Assembly: GCA_040754455.1 (NCBI GenBank)
Contig: JBFMCP010000001.1
Span: 96,001-160,000 of the forward strand
DNA length: 64,000 nucleotides
Source: Nitrospirota bacterium
Lineage (GTDB): Bacteria > Nitrospirota > Thermodesulfovibrionia > Thermodesulfovibrionales > Dissulfurispiraceae
Direction of reading: 5' to 3'
Shown: positions 38,603 to 49,568 of the stretch, piece after piece
Numbering within the stretch: position 1 is the stretch's first letter
Layout of the letters: each line of letters starts with the position of its first letter
Notes under the pieces: generated by a model
Seen by the model: the letters and a program-made list of their open reading frames with translations, nothing else
What the model was told of the DNA's origin: nothing
Database searches by the model: none
Position numbers and translations under genes: made by a program

Positions 38603-40237
38603 TTAGTACATGCCTTCCATGCCGCCGTGCGGCATAGCGGGCATCTTCTTCTCCTCTTCCGGCAGCTCGGTGATCATGACCTCGGTGGTAAGCATGAGGC
38701 CTGCAACGGATGCCGCATTCTGGAGCGCCGACCTCGTGACCTTGGTCGGATCAATGATGCCGGCCTTCAGCATATCGGTGAATTCCTCTTTGTAGGCATC
38801 GTAACCGTAATTAGCCTCTTTGGATGCCTTTACCTTCTCGACGATGATCGCGCTCTCGATGCCCGCATTCTGAATGATCTGCTTGATCGGCTCCTCAAGC
38901 GCCTTCTTCACAATCGCAACGCCGAGCTGCTGATCATGGTGATCGAGCTTCATCTTATCAATAGCCTTGATACACCTGAGGAGAGCCACACCTCCGCCCG
39001 GAACGATGCCCTCTTCGACCGCTGCTCTCGTTGCGTGGAGCGCATCTTCAACTCTCGCCTTCTTCTCTTTCATCTCTGCCTCGGTGGCTGCGCCGACGTT
39101 GATCACGGCAACACCGCCGACCAGCTTTGCGAGCCGTTCCTGGAGCTTCTCCCTGTCGTAATCAGAGGTGGTCTCTTCGATCTGGGCCTTGATCTGCTTT
39201 ACCCTGCCCTGTATCTTCGCGGAGTCTCCTGCACCCTCGACGATGGTGGTGTTCTCCTTATCGATGGTGATCTTCCGCGCCCTCCCGAGATCCTGGAGCT
39301 TTACATTCTCGAGCTTGAGCCCCAGGTCTTCGGAGATAACCGTACCACCAGTAAGGATGGCGATGTCCTCGAGCATTGCCTTCCTTCTGTCACCAAAGCC
39401 CGGTGCCTTGACTGCAGCAACCTGAAGGGTACCACGGAGCTTGTTCACGACGAGGGTAGCGAGCGCCTCACCTTCAACTTCCTCGGAGATGATAAGAAGG
39501 GGTTTGCCCATCTTTGCAACCTGCTCGAGAATCGGCAGGAGGTCCTTCATGCTCGATATCTTCTTATCATGAAGGAGAATGAACGCATCGTCGAGCACGC
39601 ACTCCATCCGGTCGGGGTCGGTGATGAAGTAAGGGGAGATATAGCCTCTGTCGAACTGCATACCCTCGACCACATCAAGGGTGGTAGCCATGCCCTTTGC
39701 CTCTTCAACCGTGATAACGCCGTCCTTGCCGACCTTGTCCATCGCATCAGCAATCAATTCGCCGATCGTGGGATCACTGTTGGCGGAAATGGTGCCGACC
39801 TGGGCGATCTCCTTCTTGTCAGCAACCTGCTTGCTCATTGCCTTCAATTCGGCAATGACGCTTTCTACTGCCTTGTCGATGCCTCTCTTGAGGTCAATGG
39901 CATTGGCACCGGCGGTAACGTGCTTCATACCTTCTTTATAAATTGCATAGGCGAGAACAGTTGCCGTGGTGGTGCCGTCACCGGCAACATCGGAGGTCTT
40001 TGAAGCGACCTCTCTGAGGAGCTGCGCGCCCATGTTCTCGTAGGGGTCTTTGAGCTCGATCTCCTTTGCAACAGTAACGCCGTCCTTGGTGATATTCGGC
40101 GCACCGAATTTCCTGTCAATGATAACGTTTCTGCCGCGGGGGCCGAGGGTTGCCTTGACCGCATCGGTCAGGAGAGTAATACCTTTCAACATCGATTGCC
40201 GTGCCGTTTCATCGAATAAGAGCTGCTTTGCTGCCAT
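38603..40237 (-). CDS. groL: Chaperonin GroEL
   Basis: [31 protein letters not shown]. Confidence 0.98.
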   Translation of the reverse strand: MAAKQLLFDETARQSMLKGITLLTDAVKATLGPRGRNVIIDRKFGAPNITKDGVTVAKEIELKDPYENMGAQLLREVASKTSDVAGDGTTTATVLAYAIYKEGMKHVTAGANAIDLKRGIDKAVESVIAELKAMSKQVADKKEIAQVGTISANSDPTIGELIADAMDKVGKDGVITVEEAKGMATTLDVVEGMQFDRGYISPYFITDPDRMECVLDDAFILLHDKKISSMKDLLPILEQVAKMGKPLLIISEEVEGEALATLVVNKLRGTLQVAAVKAPGFGDRRKAMLEDIAILTGGTVISEDLGLKLENVKLQDLGRARKITIDKENTTIVEGAGDSAKIQGRVKQIKAQIEETTSDYDREKLQERLAKLVGGVAVINVGAATEAEMKEKKARVEDALHATRAAVEEGIVPGGGVALLRCIKAIDKMKLDHHDQQLGVAIVKKALEEPIKQIIQNAGIESAIIVEKVKASKEANYGYDAYKEEFTDMLKAGIIDPTKVTRSALQNAASVAGLMLTTEVMITELPEEEKKMPAMPHGGMEGMY

Positions 40238-40278
40238 ATTGTGCGATCCTCCTTTTTTCCTTTTCCGTTATCCGGTAA

Positions 40279-40542
40279 TTACTCGATAACACCTAAAACA
40301 TCTTCTTCCTTCATAATTAAATATTCCGTACCATTGAGCTTTATCTTGGAGCCCGAATATTTATCGAAGAGCACCTGATTGCCTGCCTTCAGCTCCTTCA
40401 CCTCAGATCCGACTGCCTCTACCGTGCCTTTCTGGGGTTTTTCCTTTGCCACATCCGGCACATAGAGACCGCCGGCAGTCTTCTCCGCTTCCTCTTCCAA
40501 ATACTTGATAACAACCCTGTCCTTAAGCGGTTTAATCTTCAT
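40279..40542 (-). CDS. groS: Co-chaperonin GroES
   Basis: KPLKDRV, AKEKPQ. Confidence 0.96.
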   Translation of the reverse strand: MKIKPLKDRVVIKYLEEEAEKTAGGLYVPDVAKEKPQKGTVEAVGSEVKELKAGNQVLFDKYSGSKIKLNGTEYLIMKEEDVLGVIE

Positions 40543-40636
40543 ACCGTAACAACCTCCTTATAATTTATGATGGTGTATTATTTTTTCAGCCCTCCTCGAA
40601 AATCGATTCCAGGCTGATATCCAGAAGGGCAGTTTG

Positions 40637-40663
40637 TTAGCACTCAATGCCGTTGAGTGCTAA
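40637..40663. promoter_or_regulatory. CIRCE element (HrcA operator)
   Basis: TTAGCACTC-N9-GAGTGCTAA, exact consensus, upstream of groES. Confidence 0.96.
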
Positions 40664-40761
40664 TATAACCTGAAAGGGAGGGCAGTGGCAAGGCTTTCTT
40701 GAGATGGATAAGGTCGATTATTGCTGATTATCGAAGCTTTTTGGCATTTTTTTGCGATTTT

Positions 40762-41439
40762 TCATAAAAATCGCGCTCTTTTTCTTCGGGGGCGCCAGAG
40801 CTTGATCGTGAGGATTCCTGCCAGAAAGCCCCCTACATGGGCAAACCAGGCAACACCCCCCTGCTGCAAGACCCCTGCACCGAGGATACCGTTGAGGAGC
40901 TGGAGCACAATCCAGAAGCCGAGCACGATAAGAGCGGGGATGCGCACAACCTGCACGAAAAAGCCGAAAAAGATAAGCGTATGGACTCTGGCATGAGGAA
41001 AGAGCAGGAGATAGGCCCCCAGTATCCCCGAAACCGCACCGCTGGCGCCGATCATGGGGATCGTTGATTGGGGATCGGTCAAGGCATGGCCATAGGCAGC
41101 CACAACGCCGGAAAAGAGATAGAACAAAAGGAACTTGAAATGACCGAGGGAATCCTCGATATTATTGCCGAATATCCAGAGGTAGAGCATATTGCCGGCG
41201 ACATGGAGAATGCCTCCGTGAAGAAACATGGAGGTAAAGATGCTCAGCACCGGGGGAATAGGCTGTGCACCCTGAAACGTAATAATATTGTGCGGGATAG
41301 CGCCATAATAAAAAGCGATCTGTTCCGCTGCCGAAGGCGTTATGGCCTCCCAGATAAAAACAAGTATATTTATTATTATCAACCCTACGGTAATGACCGG
41401 AAATGTCTCGGTCGGATTGTCGTCCTTAAAGGGAATCAT
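40762..41439 (-). CDS. Rhomboid intramembrane serine protease
   Basis: FLHGG..H..GNM, GASGA, AHVGG. Confidence 0.93.
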   Translation of the reverse strand: MIPFKDDNPTETFPVITVGLIIINILVFIWEAITPSAAEQIAFYYGAIPHNIITFQGAQPIPPVLSIFTSMFLHGGILHVAGNMLYLWIFGNNIEDSLGHFKFLLFYLFSGVVAAYGHALTDPQSTIPMIGASGAVSGILGAYLLLFPHARVHTLIFFGFFVQVVRIPALIVLGFWIVLQLLNGILGAGVLQQGGVAWFAHVGGFLAGILTIKLWRPRRKRARFL

Positions 41440-41578
41440 GCCGTCTCCTTATGCAACTCGTCTTGCCGGGCGTGTATGCAGCATGCACCTGCTGCAGTTG
41501 AAGTCTGCGCTATATATATTACACATAAATCGGTTCCATATAATAGTATAATAGAAGATTATTCTTGGGAGGCGTTGC

Positions 41579-42361
41579 ATGATTCCCTATCCTCGGATAG
41601 ACCCTGAGATCATACGAATCGGCCCGGTTGCGGTCCGATGGTACGGCCTGATGTACCTCCTCGGCTTTGCTGCATCCTATCTCCTGGTGAAATATCAGAT
41701 CAGGAAAAAGGGGTTGCAACTCGGCAAAGACGCGGTGGAGTCTCTTTATTCATATCTCATCCTCGGCCTCCTGATCGGAGCCCGGCTCGGTTATGTGGTG
41801 TTCTATAATCTTTCTTACTATGCTCACCATCCACTGGAGATATTTGCAGTCTGGCAAGGGGGCATGTCCTTCCACGGAGGGCTGATAGGGAGCGTGCTTG
41901 CAGGATTCCTGTTCTGCAAAAAATACCGCTTCGACTTCTGGCAGCTTGCCGACCTTGTCATCGTTACTGCCCCTATCGGACTCGGCTTCGGCAGGATCGC
42001 CAACTTTATCAATGCGGAACTCTACGGCCGGCCTGCCGATGTGCCCTGGGCCATGGTCTTCCCCGGTGGCGGACCGCTCCCGCGCCACCCCTCGCAGCTC
42101 TATGAGTTTTTCCTCGAAGGCGTTGTCCTCTTTGCAATCCTCTGGATCGCGAAAGATAAGATAGCGAGGACAGGGATTCTCACAGGGCTTTTCCTTTTAT
42201 GCTATGGCATCTTCAGATTCTTCGTTGAGTTTTTCAGAGAGCCGGATCCACAGTTGGGCTTTGTGCTCGGCATGTTTACCATGGGACAGATATTGAGCTG
42301 GTTTATGGTATTCGTCGGGTTGGGGATTATCTCTATCCGCAGAAAGAGGCAGGCAGGGTAG
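41579..42361 (+). CDS. lgt: Prolipoprotein diacylglyceryl transferase
   Basis: RWYG, GGMSFHGG, GRIANFINAELYGR, HPSQLYE. Confidence 0.96.
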   Translation: MIPYPRIDPEIIRIGPVAVRWYGLMYLLGFAASYLLVKYQIRKKGLQLGKDAVESLYSYLILGLLIGARLGYVVFYNLSYYAHHPLEIFAVWQGGMSFHGGLIGSVLAGFLFCKKYRFDFWQLADLVIVTAPIGLGFGRIANFINAELYGRPADVPWAMVFPGGGPLPRHPSQLYEFFLEGVVLFAILWIAKDKIARTGILTGLFLLCYGIFRFFVEFFREPDPQLGFVLGMFTMGQILSWFMVFVGLGIISIRRKRQAG

Positions 42362-42405
42362 GGGTTCAACGGCAGAAAGGAGCTTTATTGCTTCTTCTTA
42401 TCCTT

Positions 42406-43347
42406 TCACAATTCCTTCCCCTCTTTAAAAATCGTCTCGATCCGCCTCGCTGTTATAAAATCCTCTTTGACCACCAGATAATTTCCTTTTTCAACCTCCT
42501 CTTTGCCCATGCATGCGGCGGAAAGGATCTGTTCCAGAGCAAGCCCTGCCTTCTGAAGTAACTGCAGTTCGTCGAAAAACGATGCCCCGTGGCTCACTCC
42601 CTTCGAGCCGCTGTCGGTGCCGACACGGAGCACGACACCGATCGAGGCGGCATACGTGATTGATTGGAGATGGCTTTCGATGATTTTTTCTATATTCTTT
42701 TTTTCGGCAGGTGCGCTCGCCGCAGAAAGGCTCAGCAGTGCAATGATCGTCGGCACCCAGGAGACCTTTTTTTCGGCCATGACATGGAGCGTCTCCGGTG
42801 AGATGAAAAAGCCGTGTTCGATCGAGGCAACGCCTGCATCGACAGCAGCGCGAATCGCCCTATCAGAATTGGCATGACAGATGACAGAAAGATGATGCTC
42901 CCGGGCCGCTTCGATAAGGGCGACCAACTCTTCCGTTGAGAATCCCCCCTCGGTCACGAGCCCCACTCCCCGTATATCGACCATACCCGAATTGATGATC
43001 TTCAGAAAATCGGCACCGCTTGCAGCGATCTCATCCACAGCGTCCCTGAGTTCCTCTTTGCCCGAAACCGGTCTTCCCAGAAACGAGCCGTAGGTTCCTC
43101 TCCTGTAGAGTGCATACCCTGCCGACTGCACCTCCAGTGCTGCACCGAAAATCCTCTTTGCCTCCAAGCCGATACCGCTCTTGTGGCCCATGTCGCATAC
43201 CGCAAAGATGCCATTGCGCAGATAACAATCCCCGATGTTGCCGAGCCGGTCTTCTGCTATCGGTCTTCCGTCGATCAAAAAATGCATATGTCCATCCCTG
43301 AAAGGAGGAATGGTGAGAACCCTGCGTTCATCTACATTACCCATCAT
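42406..43347 (-). CDS. Amidohydrolase superfamily protein
   Basis: DGHMH, CHAN, SIEHG, GTDSG. Confidence 0.85.
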   Translation of the reverse strand: MMGNVDERRVLTIPPFRDGHMHFLIDGRPIAEDRLGNIGDCYLRNGIFAVCDMGHKSGIGLEAKRIFGAALEVQSAGYALYRRGTYGSFLGRPVSGKEELRDAVDEIAASGADFLKIINSGMVDIRGVGLVTEGGFSTEELVALIEAAREHHLSVICHANSDRAIRAAVDAGVASIEHGFFISPETLHVMAEKKVSWVPTIIALLSLSAASAPAEKKNIEKIIESHLQSITYAASIGVVLRVGTDSGSKGVSHGASFFDELQLLQKAGLALEQILSAACMGKEEVEKGNYLVVKEDFITARRIETIFKEGKEL

Positions 43348-43626
43348 GTGTGATATTATAATTTAATACAGCAAAGTACGTACTCATAAGGGGAGGGGAG
43401 AGATGGCACGAAGCCTTTATCAGCGACACCTTAGAAAATTTTCATACCACCTCATTGTAATCATGACGAGGATTATACTTCAGGTGAACCTTTCCATTTC
43501 CCCATTGAACACGGTATCCTGTCGCTTTTAAAGGCTTTGGGGTAGCTCTCCCCTCCCCTTCTATGCTACGCTGATAGATACTGTTATTGTCTTATTCTTT
43601 AGAAAAGAAAGGTTGCATCATTCACT

Positions 43627-44091
43627 ATGGATGTCCAGGAGAGTTTAAATAACTTAAAAAAACATGTTTTTTTCGAGCTCCTGCAGCTCGCCGGACGTGC
43701 CTTTGTCCTTGTCAGGTTCTCTGAAGATGTCGTTCTGGGGAAGCGCGGGTTTACCGCTGAAGAAAAGGAAAACGGCATTATTCTTGTCTTCAACTCAAAA
43801 ATGAACTTCACCTGGGACGATTACGGCATAACGGCAACACTGGTCTTTGGCACTACCCCGCAGAAGTGCTTCATACCGACCGATGACATCGTGGCGGTCT
43901 ATTCCTCCGAGCTCAATGCCCAGTTCATCACCTCTTTTCAATCGACAGCCTTCCTCAACAAAAAGAACGACGGGAGCGGAAAGCGCGAAGAGAATGTATC
44001 AGAGAAACAGGACCCCGGCACCCGTCCGCAAGAAGAAGCAATGCCTTCATCCAATGTCATCAACGTCGATTTCACGAAAAAAAGAAAATAG
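43627..44091 (+). CDS. SspB-like protein (ClpXP adaptor family)
   Basis: DDYGITATLVFG...CFIP...AVYS; C-terminal NVINVDF. Confidence 0.65.
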   Translation: MDVQESLNNLKKHVFFELLQLAGRAFVLVRFSEDVVLGKRGFTAEEKENGIILVFNSKMNFTWDDYGITATLVFGTTPQKCFIPTDDIVAVYSSELNAQFITSFQSTAFLNKKNDGSGKREENVSEKQDPGTRPQEEAMPSSNVINVDFTKKRK

Positions 44092-44135
44092 GGCTCTTCA
44101 CTTTTTCGACCACTTGGTATAAGATAGAGGCGGCC

Positions 44136-44468
44136 ATGAACGAGAAGCTCGTACACGATTTAATCATCGATCATCTCAAGCAGCGTCTGAAAAGGGAATA
44201 CGGCGAGATCAATATCAACCCCTCAGGCCATCCTGATTTGACCCTTGCCAACCACGGCCTCGTCCTTGCCGTTGTAGAAGTGGAAACCGAGGGCAGCATA
44301 ACGCCTGAAAGCGCCGAAGCATGGAAGAGCCTGGCCCAACCGGGGACAAAGGTGATCCTCATGGTGCCCAAGAATGCACGGGTGAAGGCAATGGAGCTCC
44401 TTTGGCAGAAGGGAATCGCCGACCGGGTGAGTGTCGGCACCTATGAAATCAGCATCACCATGCCATGA
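44136..44468 (+). CDS. Hypothetical protein, possible PD-(D/E)xK-like fold
   Basis: HPDL...VEVETE; overlaps the next gene. Confidence 0.6.
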   Translation: MNEKLVHDLIIDHLKQRLKREYGEININPSGHPDLTLANHGLVLAVVEVETEGSITPESAEAWKSLAQPGTKVILMVPKNARVKAMELLWQKGIADRVSVGTYEISITMP

Positions 44469-45829
44469 ACAAAATCCTCGTTATCGACGACGACAGGACG
44501 ATACGGCTTACCCTCAGCCAGATTCTGAATGACAGCGGCTTTATTCCCCTCGAGGCGGCCAGCGGCAGCGAGGCGATCGAGATTATAAAATATCAAGACA
44601 TCTCGGCCATTCTCCTCGACCTGAAAATGCCCGGCATGGACGGCATCACGACGATGCAGGAGCTCAAGAAAGCCAATCCCGATATCCCGGTTATTATCAT
44701 AACCGGATATGGTGATATTGAAACCGCTGTCGAAGCGATCAAGCTCGGGGCATACGATTTTATCCTCAAGCCGCCCAAGTTCGATCGCCTCATCTTCACT
44801 CTTGAAAGGGCCATCGAGAAACTGGAACTGGAGCGGGCCGTGAAACGGCTCAACACCGTTGTGGGAGTTTCACTCGAATGGCTGCTGGGCACCGGCGACC
44901 TCATAAAGAGGGTTATTGACCAGATCCATCAGGTCGCGTGGAGCGATTTCTCGGTAGTGATCCAGGGGGAGACCGGAACCGGTAAATCCACCGTCGCACG
45001 AGCCATCCATAACCTGAGTAAGAGAGCAAAAGGCCCTTTTGTCACGGTCGATATGGGCGCAATTCCGGAGTCCCTTGTCGAGAGTGAACTCTTTGGGTAT
45101 GAGAAGGGCGCCTTTACCGGGGCTGAAAAAAAAAGAAAAGGTTTTTTCGAGATATCGAACAGCGGCACCATCCTCATCGACGAGCTGGAGAACATGTCTC
45201 CCTATGTACAGAGCAAGCTCCTCAGGGCAGTTGAGGAGAGGAGGATTCTCCCGCTCGGCAGCACACAACCCGTTGATATCGATGTTCGCATTATCGCTGC
45301 AACCAATACCGATATACGCCAGGCGGTGAAGGAGAAGAAATTCCGTGAGGATCTCTTCTTTCGCCTCGGAGAATTCATTATCAATCTGCCGCCGCTCAGA
45401 GAGCGGGGCGAAGACATCCCCTTCCTTGCACAAAAGTTCTTCCGGGAGGCCGCAGCAGAGCTGAATAAACAGATGAGGGAGATCGCCGATGACGCACTCG
45501 GTATCCTCGTACGTTATCCCTGGCCCGGTAATGTCAGGGAGCTTAAAAATGTGATCAGAAGGGCGGTGCTCCTCTGCAACGGCGATACCATCAGACCCGA
45601 GCATCTGGACTTCCTCGTCGGCGACAAGTCCCCGGAACGCGCTTCCCTTCCCTTGCTGCCGCTCAAAGAGCTTTCGGCCATGGCTGTCAGGGATGTAGAG
45701 CAAAAGGCGATCAAACAAGTCCTTGAACTTACCAGCGGCAACAAGACCAGGGCAGCTTCCATGCTTCAGGTTGATTACAAAACTCTCCTTACCAAAATAA
45801 AAGAATACCAGCTCAACAGCACAAAGTAA
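44465..45829 (+). CDS. Sigma54-dependent response regulator (NtrC/AtoC family)
   Basis: REC domain, GETGTGKS, GAFTGA, WPGNVREL, C-terminal HTH. Confidence 0.95.
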   Translation: MNKILVIDDDRTIRLTLSQILNDSGFIPLEAASGSEAIEIIKYQDISAILLDLKMPGMDGITTMQELKKANPDIPVIIITGYGDIETAVEAIKLGAYDFILKPPKFDRLIFTLERAIEKLELERAVKRLNTVVGVSLEWLLGTGDLIKRVIDQIHQVAWSDFSVVIQGETGTGKSTVARAIHNLSKRAKGPFVTVDMGAIPESLVESELFGYEKGAFTGAEKKRKGFFEISNSGTILIDELENMSPYVQSKLLRAVEERRILPLGSTQPVDIDVRIIAATNTDIRQAVKEKKFREDLFFRLGEFIINLPPLRERGEDIPFLAQKFFREAAAELNKQMREIADDALGILVRYPWPGNVRELKNVIRRAVLLCNGDTIRPEHLDFLVGDKSPERASLPLLPLKELSAMAVRDVEQKAIKQVLELTSGNKTRAASMLQVDYKTLLTKIKEYQLNSTK

Positions 45830-45842
45830 CTACTGAAAAATC

Positions 45843-45945
45843 TGGTACGAATTCCATAATTATGGAACCGTTTCCAGACCCACAGCCTTTTTTTTGAAGA
45901 AAAAGCCTTATAATTCAAAGGTTCACTTCTGGCATCCCTTTTGAT
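45843..45945 (+). promoter_or_regulatory. Putative enhancer pair and sigma54-like promoter of the che operon
   Basis: TGG-N8-CCA at 45843 and 45863; TGGCATCCCTTTTGAT at 45930 (GA instead of GC at -12). Confidence 0.5.
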
Positions 45946-46054
45946 AGAAGACTCCTCGGCTCTTCATTAATAAATATTTTATCCTTGGGAATTTCCAAGG
46001 CCGGCTTGACGGTATGGAGCGTTCACCCGAGGACATTGGAGCAAGGAGGACGTC

Positions 46055-46309
46055 ATGACAGAACGCATCGTTTTAGATGAGACCTTTACTATTCATGATC
46101 TCGGGCAACGTGTCCACTCTTTCAGGGATGCGGTAAGGAGCTGCTACGAGATGGTGATCGACGGCACCAGGGTGCGGGAGATCGATACTGCAGCACTGCA
46201 GATGCTCGTGGCGATCAAGAAAGAGTGCATTGAACAGGGAAGACAGTGGGTGTTTACCCCATCGGATGCTATGAAGACACTGCAATCAGTAGTGGGAATC
46301 GAGCTGTAA
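46055..46309 (+). CDS. STAS domain protein
   Basis: IDGTRVREIDTAALQML. Confidence 0.82.
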   Translation: MTERIVLDETFTIHDLGQRVHSFRDAVRSCYEMVIDGTRVREIDTAALQMLVAIKKECIEQGRQWVFTPSDAMKTLQSVVGIEL

Positions 46310-46373
46310 TGAGCAATGCCCTCACGGTAAACGAGGCAGTGCGACAGCGGATTATGCATAACAGGAGCAGGTC

Positions 46374-46739
46374 ATGTCAAAAATGGTATTGATTGTCGAT
46401 GATTCAGCTTCGATGCGCCAGCTCGTCTCATTTGCGTTGAAAGACGCCGGATACGAGGTCATTGAAGCAGCGAATGGAAAGGATGCGATCAGCAAGCTTG
46501 GCAGCGCAAAGGTGGAAATGGTGATCACCGACCTGAACATGCCCGAAATGGACGGGATATCCTTCATCAAGCAGCTGCGGAACACACCGGGGTGCAAGTT
46601 CACCCCTGTCCTTATGCTGACCACCGAATCGCAGGAATCAAAAAAACAAGAAGGCAAACAGGCAGGCGCCAGCGGATGGCTCGTGAAGCCCTTCACCCCT
46701 GAGCAGCTCGTCGAGACGGTCCGGAAGTTTGTCAAATAG
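46374..46739 (+). CDS. cheY: Chemotaxis response regulator
   Basis: VDDS, TDLNMPEMDG, LTTES, WLVKPF. Confidence 0.92.
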   Translation: MSKMVLIVDDSASMRQLVSFALKDAGYEVIEAANGKDAISKLGSAKVEMVITDLNMPEMDGISFIKQLRNTPGCKFTPVLMLTTESQESKKQEGKQAGASGWLVKPFTPEQLVETVRKFVK

Positions 46740-46801
46740 GGCGTGCGGATTACGGCAACATGCAGGATGAGCGATCAAAAGATTTTTAAAAAGGACAAGC
46801 G

Positions 46802-48901
46802 ATGGTAGATTTCAGAAAACTCTACAGTATTTTTGTTGATGAGGCAGCGGAAAAAATCGCCGAACTCGAAAGCGGACTGCTCCAGCTCGAGAAGTCCCCT
46901 GATGACAAAGAGCTCCTCAATACCATCTTCAGGGCCGCCCATACGATCAAGGGTTCCAGCGGGACGATCGGCCTGAAGGATATCTCTCATTTCACTCATG
47001 GTATGGAAGAGATCCTGGATCTCATGCGCCAAGACCGGCTCACCCCCGACAACGAGCTGGTCTCGGTGCTCCTCGAAGCTGCCGACCTTATCAGAGAGAT
47101 GGTTGAATGCGTCGCCTCTGAAGCTGCCTTTGAGTTCTCCCGCTGCGAAGCGGTAACGCAGCGCATGGAGGCGGTGAAAAAACACAGGAGCGAAGCAGTT
47201 CCCGCAGCCGGGCCGGACCAGGTCAAAAAAGAATCTCAAGATACTGCCGCAGATCTCCGCCACGTTATGATTAAGTTTGTGCCGAATGCGGACCTCTTCA
47301 AACGCGGCATCGATCCCGCCATCATCCTCAACGATATAAGGGGACTCGGCGAAGTCGTTACAATACATGCCTTCACCGACACCGTCCCCCCGCTCTCTGA
47401 TATCAATCCTGAAAACCTTTATATGCGGTGGGACATACACCTTAAAACCTCAAAGTCCGATGCAGAAATACGGAAGGTCTTCGAATTCGTCGAGGAGGGA
47501 AGTGATATAAAAATACTTCCCATTGCAGTAGCATCGGCGACCGACCTCCCCTTTATAGGGCAGCTGCTCGTGGGGGAGGGCTCGGTAAAAGCGGAAGATG
47601 TGGAGGACGCGTTAAAGAGCCAGAAGCGGTTAGGAGAGATCCTCCTCGAAAAGGGAAAGATAACCTCCAAGGACCTCGAGAAAGCGGTCGAAAAGCAGAA
47701 CCAGAAGAAGACCGAATCGCTGCGGAACGCCATCTCATCGACCATCCGGGTCGACCTCAAGAAGCTCGATCATCTCATCAACACCGTCGGAGAGATGGTC
47801 ATCATTCATTCCATGTTCCAGCAGCTGCTCCAGAACGGCTCCGAAAGGACAGCAGAGGGCATAGAGGCGCTTTTTTCCCAGCTCCAGAGGATCGGCAGGG
47901 ATATACAGGAGAGCGCTATGGCGCTGAGAATGCTCCCGGTGGGAGAAGTGTTTCACCGGTTTACCCGACTGGTAAGGGAGCTCTCGATCAGTAAGGGCAA
48001 AAACATCGAACTGGTCATCAGCGGCGAGGACACAGAGCTCGACAAAGGGGTGCTCGAAAAGATCACCGACCCTCTCGTGCATCTCATCAGAAACGCCATT
48101 GACCACGGGATCGAAACACCCGATGAAAGGGCTGCTCAGGGGAAGCCCCCGCAGGGGACCATCCACCTCAGCGCCTATCAGATGGGTGACGCCGTCTATA
48201 TAGAGATAGAGGACGACGGCAAAGGGCTCAGCAAAGAAAGGATACTCAAAAAGGCGCAGGTCATGGGAATGCTCGGGAACGACACCGACCTGACGGACGA
48301 GCAGATATATAACCTCATTTTTCTCCCGGGCCTTTCCACTGCCGACCAGGTGACCGATATCTCCGGCCGCGGTGTCGGCATGGATGTCGTCAAGAAGAAC
48401 ATCGAGAGCCTCAATGGAAAAGTGCAGATCCGCTCAAAACCGGGTATGGGGACCACCATCTCCATCAAACTCCCTCTCACCCTTGCCATTATCGACGGCC
48501 TTACGGTGCTCATCGGTAATGAGCCGTTCATCATCCCCATTACCATGGTCATCGAATCGCTCCGCCCCGAACAGAAGGATATCAAAACCCTCAACGAACG
48601 GGGAGAGGTCATCAATATCAGAGGGGAATACATTCCGCTGGTGCGCCTCTACCGGCTGCTCGGTCTGATGCCGCAGCAGGAGAATCCCTGGGAGGCGATT
48701 GTCATCGTCACGACGTATGAGGGAAGAAAATACGGTCTTCTCGTCGATGAGTTGATCGGGCAGCAGCAAATTGTCATCAAACATCTCGGCACCGCCATGC
48801 CGCGGGTCAGGGATATCGCCGGCGGCACCATTCTGGGCAACGGAAAGGTGGCGCTGGTCCTCGATATCCCCGGAATCGTTGAGCTCAGCAGGCAGCAATA
48901 A
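46802..48901 (+). CDS. cheA: Chemotaxis histidine kinase
   Basis: FRAAHTIKG, HLIRNAIDHG, SGRGVGMDVV, C-terminal CheW-like domain. Confidence 0.96.
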   Translation: MVDFRKLYSIFVDEAAEKIAELESGLLQLEKSPDDKELLNTIFRAAHTIKGSSGTIGLKDISHFTHGMEEILDLMRQDRLTPDNELVSVLLEAADLIREMVECVASEAAFEFSRCEAVTQRMEAVKKHRSEAVPAAGPDQVKKESQDTAADLRHVMIKFVPNADLFKRGIDPAIILNDIRGLGEVVTIHAFTDTVPPLSDINPENLYMRWDIHLKTSKSDAEIRKVFEFVEEGSDIKILPIAVASATDLPFIGQLLVGEGSVKAEDVEDALKSQKRLGEILLEKGKITSKDLEKAVEKQNQKKTESLRNAISSTIRVDLKKLDHLINTVGEMVIIHSMFQQLLQNGSERTAEGIEALFSQLQRIGRDIQESAMALRMLPVGEVFHRFTRLVRELSISKGKNIELVISGEDTELDKGVLEKITDPLVHLIRNAIDHGIETPDERAAQGKPPQGTIHLSAYQMGDAVYIEIEDDGKGLSKERILKKAQVMGMLGNDTDLTDEQIYNLIFLPGLSTADQVTDISGRGVGMDVVKKNIESLNGKVQIRSKPGMGTTISIKLPLTLAIIDGLTVLIGNEPFIIPITMVIESLRPEQKDIKTLNERGEVINIRGEYIPLVRLYRLLGLMPQQENPWEAIVIVTTYEGRKYGLLVDELIGQQQIVIKHLGTAMPRVRDIAGGTILGNGKVALVLDIPGIVELSRQQ

Positions 48902-48994
48902 GCAGAGGAACAGAGCAGATTTTCATAGAGAACGTCTCATTCACGAGTGAAGGAAAACAGCGCTCATCGTGCAAATGAGCAGAAGGAGGTACGC

Positions 48995-49525
48995 GTGACT
49001 GAAGCAGCAGCGGTTAAAAGGGTTGAGGAGCAGATGGAAGGAGGCCGGCAGTATGTTACTTTTTGCCTCAACGAGGAGCTCTATGCGATTGAAGCCCTGG
49101 TCGTCCAGGAGATCATCGAGCTTGGAGCTATCACCAAAGTCCCCCATCTGCCCGACTTCTTCAAAGGCGTGATCAATCTCAGAGGCACGATCATCCCTGT
49201 TGTTGATTTGAAGATGAAATTCGCCATGCACTCCGGGGAATATAAAAAACATACCTGCGTCATTGTGACGGAGTTCTCCGGCGGCACGATCGGCCTTATC
49301 GTTGATGCGGTATCGGATGTGCTCTCACTTGCCAACGAGGACATTTCGGATACTCCTTCCTTCGGAGCGCATATCACGACCGATTTCATGAAGGGGATGT
49401 CGAGAATGGACGGGAACCTTGCCATTATTCTCGATATCGAGAAGGTCTTGTCAGAGGCCGACACCGCCTCTCTGAGCGCAATAAGGAATATGGACAATAT
49501 CAAAGCAGCCGAACCGGCAAGATAA
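48995..49525 (+). CDS. cheW: Chemotaxis coupling protein CheW
   Basis: GTG after AAGGAGG; GVINLRG, GLIVDAV. Confidence 0.9.
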   Translation: MTEAAAVKRVEEQMEGGRQYVTFCLNEELYAIEALVVQEIIELGAITKVPHLPDFFKGVINLRGTIIPVVDLKMKFAMHSGEYKKHTCVIVTEFSGGTIGLIVDAVSDVLSLANEDISDTPSFGAHITTDFMKGMSRMDGNLAIILDIEKVLSEADTASLSAIRNMDNIKAAEPAR

Positions 49526-49568
49526 TAATGCACACGCACGTTTCGTACGGCAGTCATACCATGGAGGC

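Noticed and set aside
38585..40003. 472-aa ORF antisense to groEL, and similar long shadow ORFs (5315-6322, 24677-25744, 26513-27448)
   Set aside because: Antisense shadows of well-conserved genes with strong codon bias; no recognisable motifs.
45950..46035. c-di-GMP riboswitch in the che operon leader
   Set aside because: Hairpins are present (TCCTCGG/CCGAGGA, CCTTGG/CCAAGG) but the class I and class II consensus motifs are not.
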